Assembly: GCA_036448135.1 (NCBI GenBank)
Contig: JAZFWG010000187.1
Coordinates: 1-37,966 of the forward strand
Length of the DNA stretch: 37,966 nucleotides
From: Alphaproteobacteria bacterium
GTDB lineage: Bacteria > Pseudomonadota > Alphaproteobacteria > SMXQ01
Reading direction: 5' to 3'
Numbering within the stretch: the first letter of the stretch is position 1; the number at the start of each line of letters is the position of its first letter. This document shows, piece after piece, positions 9,646 through 20,155 of this stretch. A program made the translations under genes and the position numbers. The notes under the pieces are model-generated. The model saw only the letters and a program-made list of their open reading frames with translations. It ran no database searches and was not told the DNA's origin.

Positions 9646-11097
9646 ATGATCTCGATTCCCTCGGTCCAAGGAACCCCCATCGCGGTGCTCGGCCTCGGCA
9701 TCTCAGGCCTGGCGGCGGCCAAGGCGCTCATGGCCTCGGGCGCCCGGGTGATGGCCTGGGACGATGACGACACCCGGCGCCGCCAAGCCCAGGATCAGGG
9801 CATCGGGCTGGTCGATCTCACCGATGCCGAGCTAGATGGCGTCGCCAGTTTGGTGCTGAGCCCGGGCATCCCCCATACCTACCCGGCGCCGCATCCGGTG
9901 GCGGCGCGCGCCCGGGCGGCCGGCATCGAAATCATCGGTGATATCGAATTGCTCGCACGTTCCCAGCCCGAGGCGCGGTTCATCGGCATCACCGGCACCA
10001 ACGGCAAGTCGACGGTGACGGCACTGATCGGCCACATTTTCCAGACCGCGGGACGCAACTGCGCGATCGGCGGCAATCTCGGGCCGCCCGTGCTCGCCCT
10101 CGAACCCTTGGAGGCCGGCGGCAATTACATCGTGGAGCTGTCTTCCTATCAGCTCGAGTTGATGGATACGCCCGCGCTCGACATCGCCGTCCTCATCAAC
10201 ATCAGCCCCGACCATCTTGACCGCCATGGCGGCATGGTGGGCTACATCACAGCCAAGGGCTCGATCTTCGACCGCACCAGCGCCGGCGCCGTCAGCATCA
10301 TCAGCGTCGACGACGACCCCTGCCGTGACATCTTCGCGCAACTTAACGGCAATGGCGGGCGCCGCATCATCCCGATATCCGTCAGCCGCAAGGTGGCGAC
10401 GGGCATCTATGTCAAAGGCGTCACCCTATATGACGATACCGACGGCAAGGATCGGCCAATTGTCGATCTTCGTTCCGCGCAGGCGCTGCCCGGCATCCAC
10501 AATTGGCAGAACGCGGCCGCGGCGTTTGCCGTCGCCCGCGCCGCCCATATCGAGCCCAGACTCATCGCCGAAGCCATCAAGACCTATCCTGGCCTGGCCC
10601 ACCGCCAAGAGTTGGTGGCGATCATCGATGACATCCAATATGTCAATGACAGCAAGGCGACCAACGCCGAGGCCGCGGCCAAGGCCCTGATCTGCTATCC
10701 GGCGGTCTACTGGATCGCCGGCGGCCAGGCCAAGGAAGGCGGCATCGGCTCTCTCGCGCCCAATTTCTCCCGCATCCGCCATGCCTTCCTGATCGGCGAT
10801 GCCGCAGGCTCATTCGCCGAAAGCCTGAAAAGGAAGGTGCCCTTTACCCTCAGCGGGGATCTCGCCGCCGCCGTCGCCGACGCCCACCACATGGCCACCA
10901 CCGAGAAACTTCCCTCCGCCGTGGTGCTGTTGTCGCCGGCCTGCGCATCGTTCGATCAGTTCGCCAACTTCGAGGCCCGCGGCGAGGCGTTCCGCCATGC
11001 CGTCGAGGCCCTTGGCGGCGACCGCAAGGCGATTCCCGAAAAGACCGAACCCGGGGCCGGGCTCAACAACCACTCACCGTGGTTGGGGATGGCCTGA
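9646..11097 (+). CDS. murD: UDP-N-acetylmuramoylalanine--D-glutamate ligase MurD, 483 aa
   Basis: Internal ATG of ORF 8821..11097; the upstream part of that ORF is an out-of-frame read-through of mraY. An alternative in-frame GTG at 9634 overlaps the mraY stop. N-terminal Rossmann-like GLGISGLAAAKAL and P-loop GTNGKST. Confidence 0.92.
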   Translation: MISIPSVQGTPIAVLGLGISGLAAAKALMASGARVMAWDDDDTRRRQAQDQGIGLVDLTDAELDGVASLVLSPGIPHTYPAPHPVAARARAAGIEIIGDIELLARSQPEARFIGITGTNGKSTVTALIGHIFQTAGRNCAIGGNLGPPVLALEPLEAGGNYIVELSSYQLELMDTPALDIAVLINISPDHLDRHGGMVGYITAKGSIFDRTSAGAVSIISVDDDPCRDIFAQLNGNGGRRIIPISVSRKVATGIYVKGVTLYDDTDGKDRPIVDLRSAQALPGIHNWQNAAAAFAVARAAHIEPRLIAEAIKTYPGLAHRQELVAIIDDIQYVNDSKATNAEAAAKALICYPAVYWIAGGQAKEGGIGSLAPNFSRIRHAFLIGDAAGSFAESLKRKVPFTLSGDLAAAVADAHHMATTEKLPSAVVLLSPACASFDQFANFEARGEAFRHAVEALGGDRKAIPEKTEPGAGLNNHSPWLGMA

Positions 11098-12218
11098 TGA
11101 CCAGCTTCACCCGCACCGATGTTTCCGTCCTTGGCCGTTGGTGGTGGACAATCGACCGGTGGTCGGTGGCCGCGGTCCTGGCCCTGGTCGGCTTCGGCAT
11201 CGTCTTGACCCTGGCGGCATCGCCGGCGGTGGCGGAACGCATTGGCCTCGATTCGTTTTATTTCGTGCGCCGTCAAATGGGCTATCTGATCCTGGCGCTT
11301 GCCGTCATCTTCGCCACTTCGCTTCTCGGCCCCCGCCAGGTGCGCCGTCTCGGCAGTCTGGTGTTCCTGTGCACCCTCGTCCTTCTGGCGCTGACCATGG
11401 CCATTGGCACCGAGATCAACGGCGCCAAGCGCTGGATCACCCTTGGCAGTCTGTCGATCCAACCGTCGGAACTGGTCAAGCCGAGTTTCGCCATCTTCGC
11501 CGCCTGGATGATTTCGTCCCAGCGTCTTGCCGCGGATTTCCCCGGCTACGTGGTCGCGGTGCTGTTTTACGGCCTTGTCCTGATCCTTCTTGTGGTGCAA
11601 CCCGACATGGGCATGGTCGGCGTGGTCTCGATCGTGTTCTTCACCCAGTTCTTCATCGCCGGGCTACCCCTGATCTGGGTCGGGCTGTTCATGGTGCTGG
11701 GCGCCGGCTGCGGCGTCGCCGCCTATTTCACCTTCCCCCACGTCGCCAGCCGCGTCGATCGCTTTTTCGACCCCGACGCCGGCGACAGCTACCAGGTCGA
11801 TACCGGCCTCGAAGCCTTCATGAATGGAGGCTTGTTCGGCCGCGGCCCCGGCGAGGGCACCTTCAAGGAGGTCCTGCCCGACGCCCACAGCGATTTCATC
11901 TTCGCCGTCGCTGGCGAGGAACTCGGCCTGATCGCGTGCCTGCTGATCGTGTTCCTGTTCGCCTTCGTGGTGCTCAGGGGTTTCACCCGCGTGATCGAGG
12001 AAAACAACCTGTTCATCCTCCTCGCCGTCACCGGTTTGCTGGTCCAGTTCGGCCTGCAGGCGCTCATCCACATGGCTTCCACCCTCAACCTGATGCCGAC
12101 CAAGGGCATGACCCTGCCGCTGATCTCCTATGGCGGTTCGTCGCTGCTGGGGATTTCCCTTGGCATCGGCATGGTGTTGGCGTTGACCCGGCACCGCGCC
12201 GGCGCGGGAGAAGTGTGA
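11097..12218 (+). CDS. ftsW: Peptidoglycan glycosyltransferase / lipid II-associated division protein FtsW (SEDS family), 373 aa
   Basis: The ATG at 11097 overlaps the murD stop (TGATG). An alternative GTG at 11079 gives 379 aa. SEDS motifs PSELVKP, LPDAHSDFIF and GMTLPLISYGGSS. Confidence 0.93.
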   Translation: MTSFTRTDVSVLGRWWWTIDRWSVAAVLALVGFGIVLTLAASPAVAERIGLDSFYFVRRQMGYLILALAVIFATSLLGPRQVRRLGSLVFLCTLVLLALTMAIGTEINGAKRWITLGSLSIQPSELVKPSFAIFAAWMISSQRLAADFPGYVVAVLFYGLVLILLVVQPDMGMVGVVSIVFFTQFFIAGLPLIWVGLFMVLGAGCGVAAYFTFPHVASRVDRFFDPDAGDSYQVDTGLEAFMNGGLFGRGPGEGTFKEVLPDAHSDFIFAVAGEELGLIACLLIVFLFAFVVLRGFTRVIEENNLFILLAVTGLLVQFGLQALIHMASTLNLMPTKGMTLPLISYGGSSLLGISLGIGMVLALTRHRAGAGEV

Positions 12219-13354
12219 TGGCGATGGCGGACCACCGCGCCCTGCCGGGCGATCTCGTGCTGCTGGCCGCCGGCGGCACCGGGGGCCATGTGTTCCCGTC
12301 CCAGGCCCTGGCCGAAGCGTTGCAGGAGCGCGGATACCGCCTGGCCCATGTCACCGACCGGCGCGGCGGCGAATATGGCGATGGCAGCTTTGGCGCCGCC
12401 CATTACCGTATCCGCGCCGGGCGCGTCACCACCGGCGGTGTGGCGGCGCGGCTTTTCGGCGCCGCCGAGCTCATCCTTGGCTTCGCGCAGTCCTACCGGT
12501 TGCTGCGCCGGCTCCGCCCCAGGGTCGTGGTCGGTTTCGGCGGTTATGCCTCGGTGCCGGTGGTCATGGCGGCGGCGCTGCTTAGCGTGCCGGTCGTGGT
12601 TCACGAACAAAACGCGGTGATGGGCCGCGCCAACCGGTTGCTGGCGCCCAGGGCCGACATCATCGCGACCTCCTTTGCCGAAGTCTCAGGCGTCAAGCAA
12701 CGGGACCGCGCCCGCATCCGGGTCACCGGAAATCCGGTGCGCCCCGCGGTGGCAGAGTTGGCGGACCGACCCTTCACGGCGCCCGCCCCCGACGGCCCGG
12801 TTCGCGTCCTGGTGCTGGGGGGCAGTCAAGGCGCCTCGGTGTTCGCCAAGGTGGTGCCCGACGCCGCCGCCCGGACATCGGCGGACCTGAAAGGCCGCCT
12901 CCAACTCAGCCTGCAATGCCGCGCCGAGGATCTGGATGGAGCGCGGCAGGCCTGCGCGCGGCTCGGCGTGACCGGGGAGCTTACGGAATTCTTCGACGAT
13001 GTGCCCGAGCGTCTGGCCCAAGCCCACCTGGTGATCTGCCGCGCCGGCGCCTCCACCACCGCCGAGCTTACCGCCGCCGGCAGGCCTGCGATCCTGGTGC
13101 CCTATCCCAGCGCCATGGACGACCATCAGTCGGCCAATGCCCGCGCCGTTGCCGAGGCCGGGGGCGCCGAGGTCATCGCCGAGCCAGATTTTACCCCCGA
13201 AAAGCTGGCCCAGCGCCTCGACGGGCTGCTCGGCGATGCCGAACGGCTTGGCGTCATGGCGCAAAAAAGCCACCAAGCCGGCCAGGCCAAGGCGGCGACA
13301 CTGCTGGCCGATGTGGTGGTCGAGCTATGCCGCGCCAAGACCGGAGAGGCGTGA
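12218..13354 (+). CDS. murG: UDP-N-acetylglucosamine--N-acetylmuramyl-(pentapeptide) pyrophosphoryl-undecaprenol GlcNAc transferase MurG (canonical copy), 378 aa
   Basis: The ATG overlaps the ftsW stop (TGATG). All GT28 signature motifs are intact: GGTGGHVFP, HEQN, GGSQGA, RAGASTTAEL and DDHQSANA. Confidence 0.95.
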   Translation: MAMADHRALPGDLVLLAAGGTGGHVFPSQALAEALQERGYRLAHVTDRRGGEYGDGSFGAAHYRIRAGRVTTGGVAARLFGAAELILGFAQSYRLLRRLRPRVVVGFGGYASVPVVMAAALLSVPVVVHEQNAVMGRANRLLAPRADIIATSFAEVSGVKQRDRARIRVTGNPVRPAVAELADRPFTAPAPDGPVRVLVLGGSQGASVFAKVVPDAAARTSADLKGRLQLSLQCRAEDLDGARQACARLGVTGELTEFFDDVPERLAQAHLVICRAGASTTAELTAAGRPAILVPYPSAMDDHQSANARAVAEAGGAEVIAEPDFTPEKLAQRLDGLLGDAERLGVMAQKSHQAGQAKAATLLADVVVELCRAKTGEA

Positions 13355-14553
13355 TGGTGGCGCCACACATTTACTCCCAATCCCATCCTGTGATCCTCAT
13401 TGCCGGGGGCATCGGCGCGAAAACCACCCAGCTGTTTACCGCCGAGGCCCTGGCCGGAGAGCTCAGGGCGCGCCACTACACCTTGGCGCTGTTCATCGAC
13501 CGCCTCGGCGGCAACGGCAGGGACCTGGCCGGCGAGCTGCGCGGACTCGACACCCATCCGATCCGCGTCGGCCGGGTCGTCAGCGGCGGCATCATCGGCC
13601 GCGTCCGTGGCTTCGCCGATGTCGCATTTGCGGCTTTTCAAGCCCGCCGGCTGTTGCGCGAACTCCATCCCAGCGTCGTCGTCAGCTTCGGCGGTTACGC
13701 TTCGGTGCCGGCGATGATGGCCGCGTCCAAGCTGCACATCCCGACCATCATCCATGAACATGAAGCCGTGTTCGGACGCGCCAACCGGCTCCTGGCCCCG
13801 GTGGCGAGCGCCATCGCGACATCATTCCCGGTCATCACCGATCTCCAACCCGTCGACCGCGGCAAGGTCACCTTCACCGGCAATCCCGTGGGCAAGACAT
13901 TCCGCGAGGTGCGCCAAATTCCCTATTCGCCGATCACCGCCAACGACCCGATTCATCTCCTGGTGCTGGGCGGGAGCGAAACCACCACCATCTTCGACAA
14001 AGTCGTCCCCCAAGCCCTGAGCAATCTGCCCCAAGGCCTCAGATCCCGGCTCCGGGTCAGCCAGCAAAGCCAGCCCAAAGCCATCCAAAAAATACGCGAC
14101 CTCTACGCCCAGTCCGGCATCCGGGTCGACGCCGCCCCCGCCTTCGACGACCTGTCATCCCGCTTCGGACTGGCGCATTTGGTGATCTGCCGCGCCGACG
14201 CCGTAACATTGGCGGACCTCGCCACCGTTGGCCGTCCCGCGATTTTGGTCCCCGACCCCCACGCCCGAGACGATATCGAGACCATCAATGCCAAGGCGGT
14301 GGATTCCTGCGGCGGTTCCGTGATCATGCCGGAGCCCGGCTTCACCCACGAGTCGCTGACGGCACGGATCAAATTGCTGCTCGACTACGGGCCTGGCCTC
14401 GCCAACATGGCAGGACGCATTCGCGCCGTCGGCCATGACGATGCCGCCGCCAATCTTGCCGATCTGGTGGCGCAGCTGATTCCGGCCAACGGCGACGAGG
14501 CGCCCAATCCCGGCGGTGACGGCAAATCCGAAATACGGGAGAGGGCGGCATGA
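13354..14553 (+). CDS. Divergent MurG-like (GT28-fold) paralog with degenerate substrate-binding motifs, 399 aa
   Basis: The ATG overlaps the murG stop (TGATG) and its own stop overlaps the murC ATG (ATGA). By eye it is collinear with the upstream MurG, sharing [40 protein letters not shown] and GRPAILVP. The signature motifs read [26 protein letters not shown] and DDIETINA. It also has an extra Pro/Gly/acidic C-terminal tail. Confidence 0.8.
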   Translation: MVAPHIYSQSHPVILIAGGIGAKTTQLFTAEALAGELRARHYTLALFIDRLGGNGRDLAGELRGLDTHPIRVGRVVSGGIIGRVRGFADVAFAAFQARRLLRELHPSVVVSFGGYASVPAMMAASKLHIPTIIHEHEAVFGRANRLLAPVASAIATSFPVITDLQPVDRGKVTFTGNPVGKTFREVRQIPYSPITANDPIHLLVLGGSETTTIFDKVVPQALSNLPQGLRSRLRVSQQSQPKAIQKIRDLYAQSGIRVDAAPAFDDLSSRFGLAHLVICRADAVTLADLATVGRPAILVPDPHARDDIETINAKAVDSCGGSVIMPEPGFTHESLTARIKLLLDYGPGLANMAGRIRAVGHDDAAANLADLVAQLIPANGDEAPNPGGDGKSEIRERAA

Positions 14554-15989
14554 GAACCCTTCCCCTCGCCATCGGCACCATCCACTTCGTCGGCATCGGC
14601 GGCATCGGCATGAGCGGCATCGCCGAGATCCTTCACAATCTCGGTTACCAAGTGCAGGGCAGCGACCTCAGCGAAAGCGCCAACGTCCGGCGCCTGGTCG
14701 AGCTCGGCATTCCCGTCGCCATCGGCCATGGCGCCGCCAACCTTGGCGATGCCGAGGTCGTGGTGGTTTCCTCCGCGGTGGACACCGACAACCCCGAGGT
14801 CACCGCGGCGCGGACGGGCTTGATCCCCGTGGTCCGCCGCGCCGAGATGCTGGCCGAATTGATGCGGCTCAAATCATCCATCGCCGTCGGAGGAACCCAC
14901 GGCAAGACCACCACCACGTCCATGATCGCGGCACTGCTCGAGGGCGCCGGCTTCGATCCCACGGTGATCATCGGCGGCATCCTCAACGCCTATGGCTCCA
15001 ATGCGCGGCTCGGCGCCGGTGACTGGATGGTGGTCGAAGCCGATGAATCCGATGGCACCTTCGTCAAGCTGCCGGCGACCATGGTCGCGATCACCAACAT
15101 CGACGCCGAACATCTGGATTTCTACGGTGACTTCGAGGCGCTGCGCCGGGCCTTCGTCGCCTTCGTCGAAAACATCCCGTTCTATGGCATCGCCGCGCTG
15201 TGCATCGATCACCCCGAGGTCCAGGCGCTGATCCCCCAGCTGTCCGACCGTAAGATCGTGACCTACGGCCTCAGTCACCAGGCCGACATCCGCGGCACCA
15301 ACATCGACATCAAACCCGATGCCACCCGGTTCGACATCGTCGTCGATGACCGCACCGGCCGCGGCCGCATGATCGAAGGCATGACACTGCCCATGCTCGG
15401 CGCCCACAACGTCCAGAACGCCCTCGCCGCCTTGACCATTGCCAGTGAACTCGGCATCGACGACGAAACGCTGCGCACCTCGCTCGCCGGCTTCAAAGGC
15501 GTCAAGCGCCGCTTCACCAAAACCGGTGAGTACCGGGGCATCACCATCGTCGACGATTATGGTCATCACCCGGTGGAGATCGCCGCGGTGCTCGGCAGCG
15601 CGCGCCAGGCCTATGACGGCAAAATCATCGCCGTCATCCAGCCCCACCGCTACAGCCGACTCCAGGCGCTGTTCGAGGACTTCTGCACCTGTTGCAACAA
15701 TGCCGACACCGTCATCGTCGCCGATGTCTATGCCGCCGGCGAGGCCCCGATCGAAGGGATCGACCGCGATAGCCTGGTCGACGGCTTGCGCGGCCACGGC
15801 CACCGCAATGTCATCGCCCTCGACGAGCCTAAGGACCTGGCGCCCCTGGTGAAGGAGCTGGCGGCGCCGGGAGACCTGGTGCTGTGCCTCGGCGCCGGTA
15901 ACATCACCACCTGGGCCCAGCAGCTTCCCGGCGAACTGGAACGGCTCGGCGGCAATGGCGACCAACCCAACGCGGGAGTGGCGTCATGA
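14550..15989 (+). CDS. murC: UDP-N-acetylmuramate--L-alanine ligase MurC, 479 aa
   Basis: [15 protein letters not shown] and P-loop [10 protein letters not shown]. Mur-ligase C-terminal blocks are present. Confidence 0.95.
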   Translation: MRTLPLAIGTIHFVGIGGIGMSGIAEILHNLGYQVQGSDLSESANVRRLVELGIPVAIGHGAANLGDAEVVVVSSAVDTDNPEVTAARTGLIPVVRRAEMLAELMRLKSSIAVGGTHGKTTTTSMIAALLEGAGFDPTVIIGGILNAYGSNARLGAGDWMVVEADESDGTFVKLPATMVAITNIDAEHLDFYGDFEALRRAFVAFVENIPFYGIAALCIDHPEVQALIPQLSDRKIVTYGLSHQADIRGTNIDIKPDATRFDIVVDDRTGRGRMIEGMTLPMLGAHNVQNALAALTIASELGIDDETLRTSLAGFKGVKRRFTKTGEYRGITIVDDYGHHPVEIAAVLGSARQAYDGKIIAVIQPHRYSRLQALFEDFCTCCNNADTVIVADVYAAGEAPIEGIDRDSLVDGLRGHGHRNVIALDEPKDLAPLVKELAAPGDLVLCLGAGNITTWAQQLPGELERLGGNGDQPNAGVAS

Positions 15990-16942
15990 TGGCTGGGGCG
16001 AGGAAAAACCGTTCCCTGATCGACCGGTTGGCCAAGGTGCGCGGCAGTTACACCGCCGCCGCCGAGCTCGCCCGCCTCACCCGGTTCCGGGTCGGCGGTC
16101 CCGCCGAAGTCATGTTCCAACCGGCCGACCGCGATGACCTGGCCGCGTTCATGGCGGCAAAGCCGGCCGATGTCCCCGTCACCGTGATCGGCGCCGGGTC
16201 CAACATGATCGTGCGCGACGGCGGCATCGATGGCGTGGTGTTGCGGCTCGGCCGTGGTTTTGCGGCCATCGAAATCACCGGCACCGAGATCAAGGCCGGC
16301 TGTGCCGCGCTCAATCTCCGCCTCGCCAATGCCTGCCGCGACGCCGCCGTCACTGGCCTCGAGTTCCTGTGCGGCATTCCCGGCTCCATCGGCGGCAGTC
16401 TGCGCATGAACGGCGGCGCCCATGGCCGGGAGATGAAGGACATCACCATCACCGCCGAGGCCTTGGACGGTGCCGGAAACTATCACTTGCTTGGCCCCGC
16501 CGAGCTCGGGTTTTCCTACCGCCATTCGGCCGTGGCCGAGGATTGGATCTTCCTTGGCGCCGGGCTCAAAGGCGAGATCGGCAGACGCCCGGACATTGTC
16601 GAGCGCATGGAACAGATCCAGGCCGAGCGTGCAGACAGCCAGCCCCTCGGCACCCGCACCGGCGGCAGCACCTTCGTCAATCCCGACGACGCCGAGGGCC
16701 GCAAGGCCTGGCAGCTCATCGACGAAGCCGGCTGCCGCGGCCTCAAAGTGGGTGGCGCCCAAGTCTCGGAACAGCATTGCAACTTCCTGATCAACACCGG
16801 CGCCGCCACCGCGGCCGATATCGAGGCCCTGGGCGAGGAGGTGCGCCGCCGGGTCTTCGAGGCCACCGGGGTGCGCCTGGAATGGGAAATCCGCCGCCTT
16901 GGCCGGCCGGGCAACACCAAGCTCGAGAAGGTGAAGCCATGA
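15986..16942 (+). CDS. murB: UDP-N-acetylenolpyruvoylglucosamine reductase MurB, 318 aa
   Basis: ATGA overlap with murC. FAD-binding domain ([15 protein letters not shown]), GGSTFVNP and [15 protein letters not shown]. Confidence 0.94.
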   Translation: MMAGARKNRSLIDRLAKVRGSYTAAAELARLTRFRVGGPAEVMFQPADRDDLAAFMAAKPADVPVTVIGAGSNMIVRDGGIDGVVLRLGRGFAAIEITGTEIKAGCAALNLRLANACRDAAVTGLEFLCGIPGSIGGSLRMNGGAHGREMKDITITAEALDGAGNYHLLGPAELGFSYRHSAVAEDWIFLGAGLKGEIGRRPDIVERMEQIQAERADSQPLGTRTGGSTFVNPDDAEGRKAWQLIDEAGCRGLKVGGAQVSEQHCNFLINTGAATAADIEALGEEVRRRVFEATGVRLEWEIRRLGRPGNTKLEKVKP

Positions 16943-17856
16943 GCAAACATGTGGCAGTGCTGATGGGAGGCTGGTCCGTCGAGCGCGAGGTTTCGCTGGT
17001 CAGCGGCGCCGCGGTCGCCGATTCCCTTGAGGCCGCCGGCCACAAGGTCACACGGATCGAAGTCAGCCCTGACCTCGGGTCCTTGTATGCGGCGCTCACG
17101 CCGCGGCCCGAGCTTGTGTTCAACGCCCTTCACGGCCGTTTCGGCGAGGATGGCTGCATCCAGGGCGTGCTGGAGATCCTTTCCATCCCCTACACCCATT
17201 CCGGGGTTCTGGCCTCGGCGCTGGCCATGGACAAGCCCACCGCCAAGCGCCTGTTCGCCGCCTCCGGCATCCCCTGCGCCAAGGGCCAGGTCATGCACCG
17301 CGAAAACGTCCTGAAGGGTGGCTTCATGGACCCGCCCTATGTGGTCAAGCCGCTGAATGAAGGCTCTTCGGTCGGCGTCCACATCGTCCACGACCAGAAA
17401 TCGAACGACTACCTGGGCGAAGACTGGCCCTATGGCACCCACGTCCTGGTGGAAATCTATATTCCCGGGCGCGAGATCCATGTGGCGGTGATGGGCGACG
17501 AGGCCCTGGGCGCCATCGAAATCCAGCCCCATGAAGGCTTCTACGACTACGAGGCCAAATACACCGAGGGCAAGGCCGATCACGTGATGCCGGCACCCCT
17601 CGAGAAGGATGACTACGCCGAAGCGCTCAGGCTTGGGTTGTTGGCGCACCAAACCCTGGGCTGCCGCGGGGTCAGCCGCACCGACTTGCGTTTCGACGAC
17701 ACCGGCAAGGCGCCGGGTCAATTCTACGTACTCGAAACCAACACCCAACCGGGCATGACGCCCCTGTCCCTGGTGCCCGAAATCGCCGCCTATCGCGGCA
17801 TCGGGTTCGATGAATTGGTTTCCTGGATCATGGAGGACGCCTCATGCCCGCGTTGA
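16939..17856 (+). CDS. ddl: D-alanine--D-alanine ligase, 305 aa
   Basis: Internal ATG of ORF 16369..17856, with an ATGA overlap with murB. Motifs VLMGGWSVEREVSL, HGRFGEDGCIQG, EGSSVG and LETNTQPGMT (ATP-grasp). Confidence 0.95.
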   Translation: MSKHVAVLMGGWSVEREVSLVSGAAVADSLEAAGHKVTRIEVSPDLGSLYAALTPRPELVFNALHGRFGEDGCIQGVLEILSIPYTHSGVLASALAMDKPTAKRLFAASGIPCAKGQVMHRENVLKGGFMDPPYVVKPLNEGSSVGVHIVHDQKSNDYLGEDWPYGTHVLVEIYIPGREIHVAVMGDEALGAIEIQPHEGFYDYEAKYTEGKADHVMPAPLEKDDYAEALRLGLLAHQTLGCRGVSRTDLRFDDTGKAPGQFYVLETNTQPGMTPLSLVPEIAAYRGIGFDELVSWIMEDASCPR

Positions 17857-18719
17857 AACTCGCCAATCTGTGGCCGTGGCGCCGTCCGCAACGGCGTCGC
17901 AAAACCAGACGGAAGCCGCCCAGGCGCCGGGTTTGGCCGAAATGGCTGGCGCCGACGTTGCGCGCATCCGCGGCCGGCCTTGCGGTTGCCCTGGTGATCG
18001 GGGGACCGGTGTGGTTGTGGCAGACCGGCATCGCCGCCAAGTCGATGGATGATGCCCATGGCCAATTTATCACCCTCACCGTCCGCATGGGCTTCACCGT
18101 CGACAATGTCTATCTGCAAGGCCGCCATGAAACCTCGAAGCGTCAAGTGATGTCGGCACTCGGAGTCAAGCGCGGCCAGCCCATCCTGGCCTTTGACCCA
18201 CACCGCGCCAAGGCGCGCCTCGAGGCCCTGGCCTGGGTGCAATCGGCCTCGGTGATCCGTCACCTGCCCGATACCATCCGGGTGCGGCTGACCGAACGCC
18301 GCCCCATGGCGCTGTGGCAGCAGAAATCGAAACTGATGCTGGTCGACCGTTTCGGTGTCGTCATCCAGCGCCGCGGTCTCAAGCGTTTCTCTCATCTTCC
18401 CATTATCGTCGGCAAGGACGCCCCGGACCACGCCGAGGCCATGATCGATATTCTCAAGACCCAGCCGGGGATTTATCACCGCGTCGCGGCCATCGTCCGC
18501 GTCGGCCAACGGCGCTGGAATCTCCGGCTCGACAACGGCATCGATATTCAACTTCCCGAAACCGGCGTGCGCGGTGCGCTCACCCGCCTGGTCAAGGCCA
18601 ACCGCCGCCAACGGCTGCTGTCCCGGGATGTCACCATGATCGATCTCAGGCTTCCCGACCGGCTTGTGATCCGCACCGCGCCGGGACGTAAGAAGGAGTT
18701 GGTGGAGAAGGATACCTGA
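17844..18719 (+). CDS. ftsQ: Cell division protein FtsQ, 291 aa
   Basis: Overlaps the ddl end by 13 nt. It has an Arg-rich cytoplasmic N-terminus, one transmembrane helix (AAGLAVALVIGGPVWLW) and a POTRA-like region (V..V.L.GR..TS...V). It occupies the canonical position between ddl and ftsA. Confidence 0.85.
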   Translation: MPALKLANLWPWRRPQRRRKTRRKPPRRRVWPKWLAPTLRASAAGLAVALVIGGPVWLWQTGIAAKSMDDAHGQFITLTVRMGFTVDNVYLQGRHETSKRQVMSALGVKRGQPILAFDPHRAKARLEALAWVQSASVIRHLPDTIRVRLTERRPMALWQQKSKLMLVDRFGVVIQRRGLKRFSHLPIIVGKDAPDHAEAMIDILKTQPGIYHRVAAIVRVGQRRWNLRLDNGIDIQLPETGVRGALTRLVKANRRQRLLSRDVTMIDLRLPDRLVIRTAPGRKKELVEKDT

Positions 18720-18796
18720 GGAATTATTCGCGTCTACAACAAGCGCCAGAAGAGAGGCGCTCGCATCGGAGGTGTTGCAACAATGGGGAAAGGGTT

Positions 18797-20056
18797 TTGG
18801 CAAAGACAAGAAATGGACTGATCACGGGGCTTGATATCGGCACCACCAAGGTGTGCTGCTTCATCGCCCGTGGCGGAGACGACGGCGGCCCGCGCATCAT
18901 CGGCATCGGCCATCAGGTCGCCGAAGGGGTGCGCGCCGGCACCATCGTCGACATGGCCGCCGCCGAACTCGCGATCCGCAACGCGGTCCACGCCGCCGAG
19001 GAGATGGCGGGGGAAACCATCCGCCAGGTCGTGGTCAATCTCTCGGGTGGATCGCCGATTTCCAAGACCCTCAGATACGAGATTTCCATCGCCGGCCACG
19101 AGGTCGGCGACGCCGACGTTCAGCGCCTGGTTGGCCCGGGCCGCGCCAACAACGAAAACGAAAGCCAGGAGCTGGTCCACCGCCTGCCCATCGGCTTCAC
19201 CATAGATGGCAGCCGAGGCATCCGCGATCCCAGGGGGATGTATGGCGAACGGCTGGGGGTCAACATGCATGTCATCGCCGCCGAGCAGGGCGCGGTCAGG
19301 ACGCTGCACACCTGCGTCGCCCGTTGTCACCTCGACGTCGAAGCCGTTGCCATCTCACCCTACGTCGCGGGGCTCGCGTCCCTGGTCCCCGACGAGATGA
19401 ATCTGGGCGCCACCCTGATCGACATGGGCGGCGGCACCACCTCCATCGCCGTGTTCTACGACGGCCACCTCGTCCATGCCGACAGCCTGCCCCTGGGCGG
19501 CGTCCATGTTACCAGCGACATCGCCCGTGGCCTGTCGACGCCGATGATCCATGCCGAGCGCATGAAGAACCTCTATGGCAGCGCCATTTCCTCGCCATCG
19601 GACGACCAGGAGATCATCGATGTGCCGCTTGTCGGCGAAGAGGACCGGGCCGAAGCCAACCACGTGCCGCGGTCGATCCTGGTCGGGATCATCCAGCCGC
19701 GGCTCGAGGAAACCTTCGAACTGATCCGCTCGCGCCTGCAAATCAGCGGCTTCGACAAAATCGCCGGCCGCCGGGTGGTTATCACCGGCGGTGCCAGCCA
19801 ATTGCAGGGTGTCGCCGAACTGGCATCGCGGATTCTGGACAAGCAGGTGCGCCTGGGCCGCCCGCTCAAGGTCAGTGGCCTTGCCGAGGCCACCAACGGC
19901 CCCGCCTTCGCCACCTGTGCCGGGCTTTTGATTTTTAGCGACAAACAACTGAGCACGGCGCCAGCCGGAAGATCGCTGTTCCGGCGGCGCGGTGCCAATG
20001 AGGGAGCTGGCGGCCTGATCGGCCGCTTCGGACCATGGCTGCGTGAAAATTTCTGA
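18797..20056 (+). CDS. ftsA: Cell division protein FtsA, 419 aa
   Basis: TTG start, the first in-frame start codon. Actin-fold motifs GLDIGTTKVCC and LIDMGGGTTSIAV, and ITGGASQLQGV. The start codon assignment is uncertain. Confidence 0.9.
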   Translation: MAKTRNGLITGLDIGTTKVCCFIARGGDDGGPRIIGIGHQVAEGVRAGTIVDMAAAELAIRNAVHAAEEMAGETIRQVVVNLSGGSPISKTLRYEISIAGHEVGDADVQRLVGPGRANNENESQELVHRLPIGFTIDGSRGIRDPRGMYGERLGVNMHVIAAEQGAVRTLHTCVARCHLDVEAVAISPYVAGLASLVPDEMNLGATLIDMGGGTTSIAVFYDGHLVHADSLPLGGVHVTSDIARGLSTPMIHAERMKNLYGSAISSPSDDQEIIDVPLVGEEDRAEANHVPRSILVGIIQPRLEETFELIRSRLQISGFDKIAGRRVVITGGASQLQGVAELASRILDKQVRLGRPLKVSGLAEATNGPAFATCAGLLIFSDKQLSTAPAGRSLFRRRGANEGAGGLIGRFGPWLRENF

Positions 20057-20155
20057 CCCCAACCCCAACGCTCTCGGGGACCGATCCCGGGAGAATTGGA
20101 TTGATTCCTTTGCCGGCCCCAAACCGGCGCCTGGTTTGTAAATGAGGAGGTTACC

